Below, piece after piece: positions 1-8,261 of a stretch of DNA of 64,000 bases. The stretch is from Pseudomonadota bacterium (GTDB taxonomy: Bacteria; Pseudomonadota; Alphaproteobacteria; MPNO01; UBA830). The stretch is taken from NCBI GenBank assembly GCA_036136335.1, contig JAYZQT010000056.1:25797-89796 (forward strand), written 5' to 3'. Made by a program: the position numbers and the translations under genes. Position 1 is the stretch's first letter; each line of letters begins with the position of its first letter. The notes under the pieces were generated by a model. That model saw only the letters and a list, made by a program, of their open reading frames with translations, was not told where the DNA came from and did not search any database.

Positions 1-564
1 TAGCCGGTCGCAGGGTGCGGTATCCCCGGAAAAGACAACAGACTTTCCATCCGCGCTATCGAGCCGTAACCCGAAACAGGGTGAAATTTCTCTTGGGATA
101 TGCTCCACGTAACAGGCCGATACCCTTACGAATTTATCTTCGAAAATCACACCCGGCTTCATTTCACGTACATCTGCGTTCAGTGCCTGCATATTGGCCT
201 GGCGTTGGGGGTACTGCACCCGTGCTTCAATATCCTTTCGATAGGCACCAGTTTTCGGTGACATGAGCGATTCCACGAAATCCGAAGTACCAATTGGACC
301 AATTACGACAGGGGGTTCCTGACGATTAGACATCCAAGTCGTGATCATGAAATAGGGAAAATCTGCTATGTGATCGTAATGAAGATGAGACAGAAAAACG
401 TGCCCGACGGCAGCCGGGTTCACGTTGGCTGCCACAATCTGGTTGGTTGCACCGTGACCACAATCGAAGAGGTAATGTTCGTTACCTGTGGAGATCAAGA
501 TTCCGGAATCGTGGCGGTCCGGGTTAGGCATGGCAGCACTGGTACCCAACATGATTATTCTCAT
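1..564 (-). CDS. MBL-fold metallo-hydrolase (3' end lies beyond the window start)
   Basis: My own translation from the minus-strand ATG at 564 gives MRIIMLGTSAAMPNPDRHDSGILISTGNEHYLFDCGHGATNQ...VFLSHLHYDHIADFPYF. It contains the HxHxDH metallo-beta-lactamase motif. The ORF stays open to position 1, so it is missing from the supplied track. Confidence 0.75.
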   Translation of the reverse strand, partial: MRIIMLGTSAAMPNPDRHDSGILISTGNEHYLFDCGHGATNQIVAANVNPAAVGHVFLSHLHYDHIADFPYFMITTWMSNRQEPPVVIGPIGTSDFVESLMSPKTGAYRKDIEARVQYPQRQANMQALNADVREMKPGVIFEDKFVRVSACYVEHIPREISPCFGLRLDSADGKSVVFSGDTAPCDRL

Positions 565-569
565 AACAA

Positions 570-716
570 CTAACCCACAAATTTTGCCGCTTGCTTGGCG
601 CGAACTTCCCTGAAAATTAACAGTACGGCAACCAGAGCACCAGTTATGTCGGTCCATATGCCCATTTCCACGGCGTTGGCCGGGATCATCAACAACACCC
701 CGGCTAAAATGAACAT
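570..716 (-). CDS. small hydrophobic ORF (48 aa), hypothetical membrane peptide
   Basis: My own translation gives MFILAGVLLMIPANAVEMGIWTDITGALVAVLLIFREVRAKQAAKFVG. The TAG stop lies 5 nt upstream of the MBL hydrolase ATG. It is below the track length cutoff and I recognise no family. Confidence 0.25.
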   Translation of the reverse strand: MFILAGVLLMIPANAVEMGIWTDITGALVAVLLIFREVRAKQAAKFVG

Positions 717-844
717 CAGGCGATGAAGCAAATCGAGTGGTCTGTCTATTGTGAGAGGCAGATACGAAATTTTTGATCAGTCCATCACCGTAACCCGATT
801 AGCGATCTATCCGCCCGCTGTGTCAGATCATTGCCCTTGCGGTT

Positions 845-1558
845 TCAGATTCCGAGATAAGCCTGCTTTATGGAATCGTCCGTCAGAAGTTGTGCACCCG
901 TGCCGGACAACACGACGCGACCATTTTCCATCACATAGGCCTGGTCAGCAATTTCGAGCGTCGAACGGATATCCTGTTCCACGATGAATACGGTCACGCC
1001 GCTGTCACGCACCCGAACCACCGTCTCGAATAGAAGCTGCGAAATAGCCGGCGCCAGTCCCAGGCTAGGTTCATCAAGGAGCAGCATGGTTGGTTCCGAC
1101 ATCAGGCCGCGCGCCAAGGCCAGCATTTGCTGTTCGCCACCCGAGAGAGTTTCGCCATGCTGATTGCGTCGCTCGCGCAGCCTTGGGAACAGTTTAAACA
1201 TCTTTTCCAAATTGGCATCGGTTCGGGTTCGGGCGCGGGTCACGAATGCACCGACCCGCAGGTTCTGTTCGACCGTAAAATCCGGGAAAATCATGCGCCC
1301 CTCCGGCACAAGTGAAATACCCAATGCGACACGCTGGTCGGCAGGTTGGTCGCCGATCTCGACGTCAGCGAACTGAATATCCCCCGCACTATGATGCAAC
1401 AATCCGGAAATTGTCCGCATCAGTGTCGTCTTGCCCGCTCCGTTGCTGCCGACCAACGCTGTAATAGATCCTTCTTTCACCCGCAATGCGACGTCGTGCA
1501 GTACCTTGACCTCCCCATAGCCCGCTGACAGTTTTCGAATTTCAAGCAGCACCGTCAT
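845..1558 (-). CDS. ABC transporter ATP-binding protein, LivF-type (HAAT family)
   Basis: Walker A GSNGAGKTT, signature LSGGEQQ and Walker B LLLDEPS. ATGA overlap with the upstream ATPase gene. Confidence 0.9.
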   Translation of the reverse strand: MTVLLEIRKLSAGYGEVKVLHDVALRVKEGSITALVGSNGAGKTTLMRTISGLLHHSAGDIQFADVEIGDQPADQRVALGISLVPEGRMIFPDFTVEQNLRVGAFVTRARTRTDANLEKMFKLFPRLRERRNQHGETLSGGEQQMLALARGLMSEPTMLLLDEPSLGLAPAISQLLFETVVRVRDSGVTVFIVEQDIRSTLEIADQAYVMENGRVVLSGTGAQLLTDDSIKQAYLGI

Positions 1559-2283
1559 GATCGGGTTCCAAGGTAAGAGTCAATGACCCGCGCGTCATTG
1601 GCGACTTCCTGCGGTGAGCCCTCAGCGATCAGCGCGCCATGGTGCAGAACGACAATTCTTGGACACAGGTCCATCAGAATTCCCATCACATGTTCCACGA
1701 CAATGACTGTCAGATTGCGCGCTTTTTGGAGCCGCCGGATCATGGTGACCGCGTCGGCGCCTTCGGTTGGCGTCAGGCCGGCCATCACCTCATCAAGCAT
1801 CCGCAATTTTGGGTTAGTAGCGAGCGCACGAGCGATTTCCAGACGTTTCCGGCCAGAAAGCGTAAGAGCGCTGGCATAATCTCCCGAGCGAGCGGCGAGC
1901 CCCACCTCCTCCAAAACCTCCTTGGCGTCGGCGTTGGCGCGCGTCATTGACTTTGTTCTGGAGCTGCCGAAAAGAGCGCTAATAGTCACATTTTCGAGCA
2001 CGGTAAGTCCGGCAAACGGACGGACAATCTGAAATGTTCGCGCTACGCCGAGACTGCTGATCTGATCGGGACGCAGTCGATCAATCCGCCGACCGTCGAA
2101 CAGGATCTCACCCGCTGATGGCCGAAGATTACCGGCGATCAGGCTGAACAACGTCGTTTTGCCGGCGCCGTTTGCGCCCATTAACCCTACGATTTCACTC
2201 GGTTCGATTGCAAACCCAACGCTGTTGACGGCAACTACCCCTCCGAAACGGCGGCTGACATCCGTGAGACGAAGCAAGGTCAT
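1555..2283 (-). CDS. ABC transporter ATP-binding protein, LivG-type
   Basis: MTLLRLTDVSRRFGG..., Walker A GANGAGKTT, signature LSGRKRLEIARAL. I chose the start at internal Met 38 of the track ORF because it forms an ATGA overlap with the upstream permease stop. Confidence 0.9.
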   Translation of the reverse strand: MTLLRLTDVSRRFGGVVAVNSVGFAIEPSEIVGLMGANGAGKTTLFSLIAGNLRPSAGEILFDGRRIDRLRPDQISSLGVARTFQIVRPFAGLTVLENVTISALFGSSRTKSMTRANADAKEVLEEVGLAARSGDYASALTLSGRKRLEIARALATNPKLRMLDEVMAGLTPTEGADAVTMIRRLQKARNLTVIVVEHVMGILMDLCPRIVVLHHGALIAEGSPQEVANDARVIDSYLGTRS

Positions 2284-3200
2284 CGCGCCTTGCGTCGCTG
2301 AAATGCGGTGAGCCAGCCTTGTATCCCGTCCGGCGCGCGGAGCACGAAGCCGACAAGAAACGCGCCGAGCAGGATCATGTATATCTCCGGCCAATTAGCC
2401 CACAGCAATTCCTGCAACAACACCAGGAAACATGCGCCGTAGACGGGGCCCGGTACGTCATCGCCGCCGCCGATGATTGCCATTGAGACGATGGTGAAAG
2501 ATGTGATTGGGTTGAACACGTCGAGCGGCTCGAAATAGGTCGTACGCAGCACCACGACCGATCCCACCATTCCGGGGATGATCGCTGACAATGCGAACGC
2601 CAGCACCTTGAACCGCGCGACGTTGATACCAACCGTTTCCGCGGCCTCTTCATTCTCGCGGATCGCGCGCAGCCCGGCGCCGAAGCGTGACCGGCGCACC
2701 GTGTAGGTGATTATCATCGAGCTGACCGCGAGAACCAAAATGACATAAAATAGCTGATCGAGGCTCGGCGCACCCATCAGCAGTCGCCCGAACTTGCCGA
2801 GTGCGGCCTCTACATTGATCACTATGTATTTCACCAGTTCGGCGAGGCCGAATGTCAGTATCACGAAGTAGGGACCGCGTACGCGCAGGCAGGGATAGCC
2901 CACCAACAACGCCAGCACCCCGGTTGCCGCGCCGGCAGTCAGAACCGAGATCCAGAACGGCAGCACGCCGAACGTCAATACCATCACATAGGCGCCGGCG
3001 CCGAAGAACACCGCATGGCCGAGCGAGATATACCCAGTCATCGCAGACAGAACGACCCAGCTTTGAGTTAACGCGATCCACATCAGCAAAGTCAGTGCCA
3101 CCCCGGTGATGTAGTCGCTGCCATAGAGCGGGATGGTCGCGCAAACGGCTATGGCGCTGGCCAGGGTCAGTAATACCCGGGATCGGTGATTAGGGTTCAT
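2280..3200 (-). CDS. branched-chain-amino-acid-type ABC permease, LivM-like
   Basis: Polytopic membrane protein. The segment YISLGHAVFFGAGAYV is typical of LivM-family permeases. Confidence 0.9.
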   Translation of the reverse strand: MNPNHRSRVLLTLASAIAVCATIPLYGSDYITGVALTLLMWIALTQSWVVLSAMTGYISLGHAVFFGAGAYVMVLTFGVLPFWISVLTAGAATGVLALLVGYPCLRVRGPYFVILTFGLAELVKYIVINVEAALGKFGRLLMGAPSLDQLFYVILVLAVSSMIITYTVRRSRFGAGLRAIRENEEAAETVGINVARFKVLAFALSAIIPGMVGSVVVLRTTYFEPLDVFNPITSFTIVSMAIIGGGDDVPGPVYGACFLVLLQELLWANWPEIYMILLGAFLVGFVLRAPDGIQGWLTAFQRRKAR

Positions 3201-3422
3201 GGAGATGGTCTGCCGGAGGAATTGTGTTTCGTCGGGACCTTAAAGGGTCTGAATGCCAACACAGGTGGCCGTTTCGGCCGCGTAGGCAAACCATTCGAGC
3301 GCGTTGGAAAGTCTTGATGATGCATCGCAGTGCCTGCAATTTCTCCCGTGCTCGTTGGGTCGCCGCGGTCCCCATGGGCCTTCATCAGTGATCCTTGGTA
3401 TAAGAGGTCATCGGAAACTTTA

Positions 3423-4316
3423 TCACCGCGCAGCACCGCGAGCACCGAACAGGCCGTGCGGCCGCCATACCAGAATGCCAATGAACACGCCATATAACAG
3501 AATCGAGCGCATGCTAGCCGAGGTCAAGGCGACGCCGTAGACCTCAATGACGGCCAGAAGGAACGCCCCTGCGAGGCCGCCATACAGGTTGCCAAGCCCG
3601 CCAAGGATGATCACGACAAAGGCGGCGATGGTGAAAGGAAATCCCATGAATGGTGAAATCTGTTCAAGCATGCTGATAAGCCCGCCGGCGAGCCCCGCGA
3701 TGCCGAAACCGAGCGAAAAGCTGATCAACCGCACGCGCTCCACATTGATGCCAACCAGTGCCGCCGCGTCCGGGCGCTGGATAAGGGCGCGTATCGCAAG
3801 ACCTGTCATGGACATCCGGAAATACAGGATACAGGCAGCGCAAACGGCCAGGCCGATCACCAGCACGACCAGCCGGTTTGCGGTCACCTGAAAATCCCCA
3901 ATGGGGATAATCTGATCGAGATAGGGATAGGCCCGGGCCGTCGCGGTGAAAGACAGCGCAACCACATTCTGCAGTATGATAGAACCGCCAAACAAAAGCA
4001 GGAGCGAGTTCGCCTCTATTTGCTCAACCAGCTTGGAGGCCGTCAGAACCCGCCGGCAGAGAAAATGATATACCAATGCGCCCAACGCGGCCGCCAGTGC
4101 CATGGCGACAAACATCGAATAAAGCGGCCCGATCCCGATCAGGGTAAAGGACCAAAACGACAAATATGCCCCCAGCATCAGTATCTCACCGTGCGCAACG
4201 TTCAGCAGGCGCATGGTGCCGTAAATCAGATTTAGTCCCAGAGCCACCAGGCCGTATATCACCCCAAGGACAAGGGTCGCGACTGCCAATTGGCCGGATA
4301 ACAGGTCACCCATCAT
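3423..4316 (-). CDS. branched-chain-amino-acid-type ABC permease, LivH-like
   Basis: Polytopic membrane protein. The N-terminal region GVIYGLVALGLNLIYGTMRLLNVAHGE is typical of the LivH family. Confidence 0.9.
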   Translation of the reverse strand: MMGDLLSGQLAVATLVLGVIYGLVALGLNLIYGTMRLLNVAHGEILMLGAYLSFWSFTLIGIGPLYSMFVAMALAAALGALVYHFLCRRVLTASKLVEQIEANSLLLLFGGSIILQNVVALSFTATARAYPYLDQIIPIGDFQVTANRLVVLVIGLAVCAACILYFRMSMTGLAIRALIQRPDAAALVGINVERVRLISFSLGFGIAGLAGGLISMLEQISPFMGFPFTIAAFVVIILGGLGNLYGGLAGAFLLAVIEVYGVALTSASMRSILLYGVFIGILVWRPHGLFGARGAAR

Positions 4317-4388
4317 GATGTCCTGAAGAGGAGGGTCGCCCTACCGCTATTCCGCGCAACAAGGCGGCCGTGCCTCCGATCGATAGGC

Positions 4389-5567
4389 TTATTTCCAGAC
4401 CGGCTTGGCGATAATTTTCGACGTTGCCTGATCAGCGGGCCACACAATATGCTGCTGCCCATTCTGGATTTGCGAGATCATCGTCGGCAGAGCAATGTTT
4501 TCGACTCCCTTAAATCGCACCGGACCGTTTATGGATTTGAACGTGGTCGAAGAGATGACCTGGCGCAGCTTGTTTTTATCGAGGCCCGCCTTGGCGACTG
4601 CCTGCTGCAAAATCTGGACCGACATATAGGCAAGTGGCGCATCGAGATAATCGGCGTTGGTTTTCCAGCGCGCCTTGAAATCATCGAAGAAAACCTTTGC
4701 CGTCGGCCAGTCCTTGCGCAGCGGCGTCCAATGTCCCATCGTCACCAGACCGTTGCGTGTCGGTCCGAAAATTTTCGCGAAGAAATCATACTGCGGCCCG
4801 AGCAGAACAACCTGAGTCGCTGCGTTGAGGCCAACTTCGCGAGCGCCCTTGACGTAGAGCACTGCGTCGCCGGGATAGGTGTATGCGAGCACCGCATCGG
4901 GCTTAGCCTTCTTGACCTTGTTGAGCAGTGCGGTCATGTCCTTGACGTTGGGGGGATAGTCCTCGTTGACCAGCAGCTTGATCCCAGCTGCTTTGAGCGC
5001 CGGAACCACGAACTTTTTGTTTTCCTGGGTATAGGGTAACTGGTTGGTGATCAACGCCGCTGAGGCCACGCCTTGTTTCTTGAGAAGCTTGGCGAGTTCC
5101 ACGCTTTGGCGGTCGGGGAACAGTGAGGTCGGGAACCAGATATTGCCTGCCTTGAGATCGCGAAGCTGCACCGAAGCGGCGGTGTTGCCGATAACAGGAA
5201 ATTTATACCGCGATATGACGCCAACGATTGCGAAATGAAGCGAGGTCCCCCAGGGTGCCAGCAGCAGGTCGACCTTGTCGTCGGTAATGAGCTTTTCATA
5301 TATCTGGACTGCCTTTCCCGAATTTGACTGGTCGTCATAATGGACGAATTCAATTTCGCGCCGGGATCCAGCGACATCGAGCCCACCGAGCGCGTTCATC
5401 TGTTCCCGCCAGAGTTCATAGGACTGCAGCTGCGAGGTAGCCGCTGCCGCGAAGATGCCGGTCTTCGAGTGGGAAAATCCGATCTTGATCGGATCCGCTG
5501 CGCCAACCGCTGTCGCAATCAGCAGCGCAGTCAGCCCCGCGAGGGTGGGTACAATTCGTTTGAACAT
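4389..5567 (-). CDS. ABC transporter periplasmic substrate-binding protein (LivK/type 1 PBP family)
   Basis: Signal peptide MFKRIVPTLAGLTALLIATAVGAADP. The start at 5567 is preceded by a GGAGG ribosome binding site (caaggaggcaaccATG). The track ORF extends 16 codons further upstream. Confidence 0.85.
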   Translation of the reverse strand: MFKRIVPTLAGLTALLIATAVGAADPIKIGFSHSKTGIFAAAATSQLQSYELWREQMNALGGLDVAGSRREIEFVHYDDQSNSGKAVQIYEKLITDDKVDLLLAPWGTSLHFAIVGVISRYKFPVIGNTAASVQLRDLKAGNIWFPTSLFPDRQSVELAKLLKKQGVASAALITNQLPYTQENKKFVVPALKAAGIKLLVNEDYPPNVKDMTALLNKVKKAKPDAVLAYTYPGDAVLYVKGAREVGLNAATQVVLLGPQYDFFAKIFGPTRNGLVTMGHWTPLRKDWPTAKVFFDDFKARWKTNADYLDAPLAYMSVQILQQAVAKAGLDKNKLRQVISSTTFKSINGPVRFKGVENIALPTMISQIQNGQQHIVWPADQATSKIIAKPVWK

Positions 5568-5658
5568 GGTTGCCTCCTTGTTGGTTTTTGGCCTCGTGGT
5601 GACACACGAGGCCATTATGGGAAATTATGGCGAAATCCGCCGCCGCCGTAAACCGGCG

Positions 5659-6732
5659 TCAGGGTTCGAACAGTCCTGGCCCGGGTTCACGGATAAGCTG
5701 CATGGTGTTGCATCGGATACCGCCACCATATTTATGAACCTCGTCATAGGGAATGGCTATAACCTCAACGCCCGCCGCTTCCAGCAGCGCGCGCGTCTTG
5801 ACCGCGCTCTCGTTCATGATGACCTGCCGGGGTTCGGTTGTGATGCCATTCGTCGGGTAAAGGTTGATCTCGTCGCGAGGGGCCTCAATCAGCTCATAGC
5901 CGAGTTCGTGTAAGTCGCGGATGGTCTGGTAATTGCACCAGGGCGGATAGATCATGGCTAGCCTGACATCAAGCGGCATGATCCACATGTCGGCATGCAT
6001 CCAACCGGGAACTTCCTCATGGTAGTCGTATAGCGGACCCGGACTGTGGGCTAGAAGCACCTTCTCGTATCCTGCTCGCCTCAGTACCGGCATGACCTGT
6101 TCCGCCCCCTCACGATTGCAGTCGGTCGACAGCATCAGCACGATAAAATCATCGGCCATCCGCACCGCGGCGCCGATCTCACAGACGCCGTGACCGTGCA
6201 CGGTATGCAGAATCGGGCAACCGAGATCCATTAAAGCCTTGGAAACGTATCGCGATCGTCCGCGCCAATAGGGCGGGGCCTCGCGCGGAATAATAGCGCC
6301 GCCGTTGATCACAAATCCGGCGGCCGCTGAAATCGAGCGTTTCATTGGCCCGTACGCCGACATGGGTGGATCGTCCGCCCACCGGATTTCGTGAACTGTC
6401 ACGCCCATAGACTCATATGTCTTGACCAGGCCCGCATGTTGTTCCTGCATCAGCTCCAGATTGGGGGTGATGCCGTTGAAGACGAAGAACGCGGAATCCT
6501 GTTCATAAAGCTCGAGCACTTCGCTTTCGGTTGGCTTGACCATTGCGACCTCGCGCAATTTCCCGATTCCCTGCGCGCCCCATGGCTTGCCCCAGATGCG
6601 CTCGAGCTCGTCGAGATAGGAGACCTCTGTGTGATAACGTTGATATTGAGGGACCCTGCCTTCTTCGTAGTAAGGAAAGTCGTCGAATGTCTCAGCGACC
6701 GACGGTTGATCGCTTTCATCTTCGTCCGTCAT
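5659..6732 (-). CDS. amidinotransferase / arginine deiminase / DDAH-fold (guanidino-group-modifying) enzyme
   Basis: The C-terminal YGGGIRCNT segment matches the conserved nucleophile-Cys context of this fold. ATGA overlap with the upstream amidohydrolase. Family-level call only. Confidence 0.65.
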   Translation of the reverse strand: MTDEDESDQPSVAETFDDFPYYEEGRVPQYQRYHTEVSYLDELERIWGKPWGAQGIGKLREVAMVKPTESEVLELYEQDSAFFVFNGITPNLELMQEQHAGLVKTYESMGVTVHEIRWADDPPMSAYGPMKRSISAAAGFVINGGAIIPREAPPYWRGRSRYVSKALMDLGCPILHTVHGHGVCEIGAAVRMADDFIVLMLSTDCNREGAEQVMPVLRRAGYEKVLLAHSPGPLYDYHEEVPGWMHADMWIMPLDVRLAMIYPPWCNYQTIRDLHELGYELIEAPRDEINLYPTNGITTEPRQVIMNESAVKTRALLEAAGVEVIAIPYDEVHKYGGGIRCNTMQLIREPGPGLFEP

Positions 6733-8261
6733 GTCGGGTCTCCTGTCCGCAGTGCGCCCCCCGGCGGAGTGTTGCCGAATTCGAGCGCGGCAATTCTGGA
6801 CCGCTGGTGAATTTCCTCAAAATAGGGTGCAAGGCGCATGGAGCCCGCTTTCATGACCGGCACGAAATCCCGGACATAGCGGTCTGCCGCCTCGCAAATT
6901 TCGCTGCGCAGGGCATCTTCGTCGATGTTTTGAATTTTACGATTTCGCATGACCACGCCACCCTCGACAATCACTGTCTGGACAGCCTCCGAGGTCACCG
7001 AAAACGCGAGTTGGCGTATGGGGTTTGTCAGGGGGACGAAGCCCCAGTGGTCGCGGTCGAGCAGGATCACATCAGCGCGCTTCCCGACCTCGAGGCTGCC
7101 GACTTCACGCTCCATCATCCCACTTTGGGCCCCCCCCATGGTTGCCATGCGGAAAACGTCCGCGCCCGCGACCCAGTCGCCGTGATGCGTGGCCGGGTTT
7201 TTGTGCATCAGGCTCGCCGCGCGGATTGCTTCGATCAGATCGGCGGTGTCGCTGGTCGCCAGGCCATCGGTGCCGAGCGCGACGTTAATGCCGGCATCGA
7301 GCAGCTTTCGTAATGGACAGATGCCGCTGCCAAGCTTCATGTTGGAAAGCGGGTTGTGCACGACCGAGCACCCATTGTCGGCCAGCAGACCGATGTCCCG
7401 GTCGTTCAGCCATATGCCGTGAACAATGGTCAGCCGCGGTGACAGGAAGCCAATGTCGTCGAGGTATTCGATCGCCGTTTTGCCCCATTGATCCTGGGCC
7501 TGAACGGCTTGCAGCCGGGTTTCCAACGTGTGGCTGTGCAGCGGAACGTCATGGCGGGCCGAAAGCTCGTTGATCTCCTCCATGAGCTTGATTGTGCAGC
7601 GCTGGGGTCCGCATGGCGCGAGGATGATGCGGATGCGGTCGTCATGGCCATGCCAGTTGTCGAACTGTAGACGAAACAGGTCGAGCTGAGCTGCGAAATC
7701 GGCTAATGGTAACGCATTAATTTCATGCTGTTCCACCGCCGGAATGATGTCCCGCGCATAGGGTACGCAGTCGAGCAGCGGTACGTCCCACATATCGACC
7801 GCGACCCAGGCGCGCAGTCCAATATCGGCATAGGCCCGAATCGCGGCATCCATCGCTCCAGGCGTCGCGGGTGGATGGACATAGTCGTCCTGAACCGTGG
7901 TCACGCCGGCTCGCACCGATTCGATCGCAGCGAGCATGGTGCGGAGATAATAATCGTGCTCGCTCAACAACGGGAACCCAAAGGGCGGATAGCTCTCACC
8001 GAGCCAGATTTCGAGCGGCAGATTATCGTAGACGCCCTGTTGGAACGCTTCGTTCGAATGGAGATGTGCGTTGATCAGCCCCGGCATGATGATCGAGCCC
8101 GAGGAATCAATCACCTCGCCGTCGTATCCTTCGCCGACGTCCGGGCCGATCGCTTCGATACGTCCGGCTTCGATAACGACGTCGGCGCGTGGCAATTCGG
8201 TCTCCACCGCGTCGCCAGTTACCACCCAGCCATTTTTGAGGATCAGCGCGTCATCCGCCAT
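6729..8261 (-). CDS. amidohydrolase-superfamily deaminase/chlorohydrolase-like enzyme
   Basis: MADDALILKNGWVVTGD...PGLINAHLHSNE (HxH metal-binding motif), with downstream HSHTLE and TDG segments typical of guanine/cytosine-deaminase-like amidohydrolases. I moved the start to Met 58 of the track ORF. That start overlaps the upstream stop by 11 nt. Confidence 0.8.
   Translation of the reverse strand: MADDALILKNGWVVTGDAVETELPRADVVIEAGRIEAIGPDVGEGYDGEVIDSSGSIIMPGLINAHLHSNEAFQQGVYDNLPLEIWLGESYPPFGFPLLSEHDYYLRTMLAAIESVRAGVTTVQDDYVHPPATPGAMDAAIRAYADIGLRAWVAVDMWDVPLLDCVPYARDIIPAVEQHEINALPLADFAAQLDLFRLQFDNWHGHDDRIRIILAPCGPQRCTIKLMEEINELSARHDVPLHSHTLETRLQAVQAQDQWGKTAIEYLDDIGFLSPRLTIVHGIWLNDRDIGLLADNGCSVVHNPLSNMKLGSGICPLRKLLDAGINVALGTDGLATSDTADLIEAIRAASLMHKNPATHHGDWVAGADVFRMATMGGAQSGMMEREVGSLEVGKRADVILLDRDHWGFVPLTNPIRQLAFSVTSEAVQTVIVEGGVVMRNRKIQNIDEDALRSEICEAADRYVRDFVPVMKAGSMRLAPYFEEIHQRSRIAALEFGNTPPGGALRTGDPT

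Noticed and set aside
1555-2394. Long N-terminal extensions in several track ORFs (for example 1555-2394, 6729-8432, 4389-5615, 20259-21296, 22581-23429, 41952-42803, 45615-46391).
   Set aside because: The extensions overlap the upstream gene and have Arg/Pro-rich shadow-frame composition. Internal Met starts give canonical N-termini, ribosome binding sites or ATGA coupling, so I used the shorter coordinates.
2650-3144. Numerous ORFs of 60-250 aa antisense to or out of frame with the called genes (for example 2650-3144, 4449-5039, 6543-7313, 7725-8447, 9014-9523, 25571-26155, 27722-28219, 42459-43118, 49695-50252, 51077-51634, 56746-57309, 63667-63975).
   Set aside because: They lie entirely within stronger, family-recognisable ORFs. 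They have the Arg/Pro/Ser/Gly-rich composition typical of shadow frames in GC-rich DNA.
3197-3385. A 62-codon ORF in the livH-livM spacer that ends in an ATGA overlap with livM.
   Set aside because: It is Pro/Arg/Gly-rich with low-complexity composition and no hydrophobic or fold-like pattern. The overlap can arise by chance.
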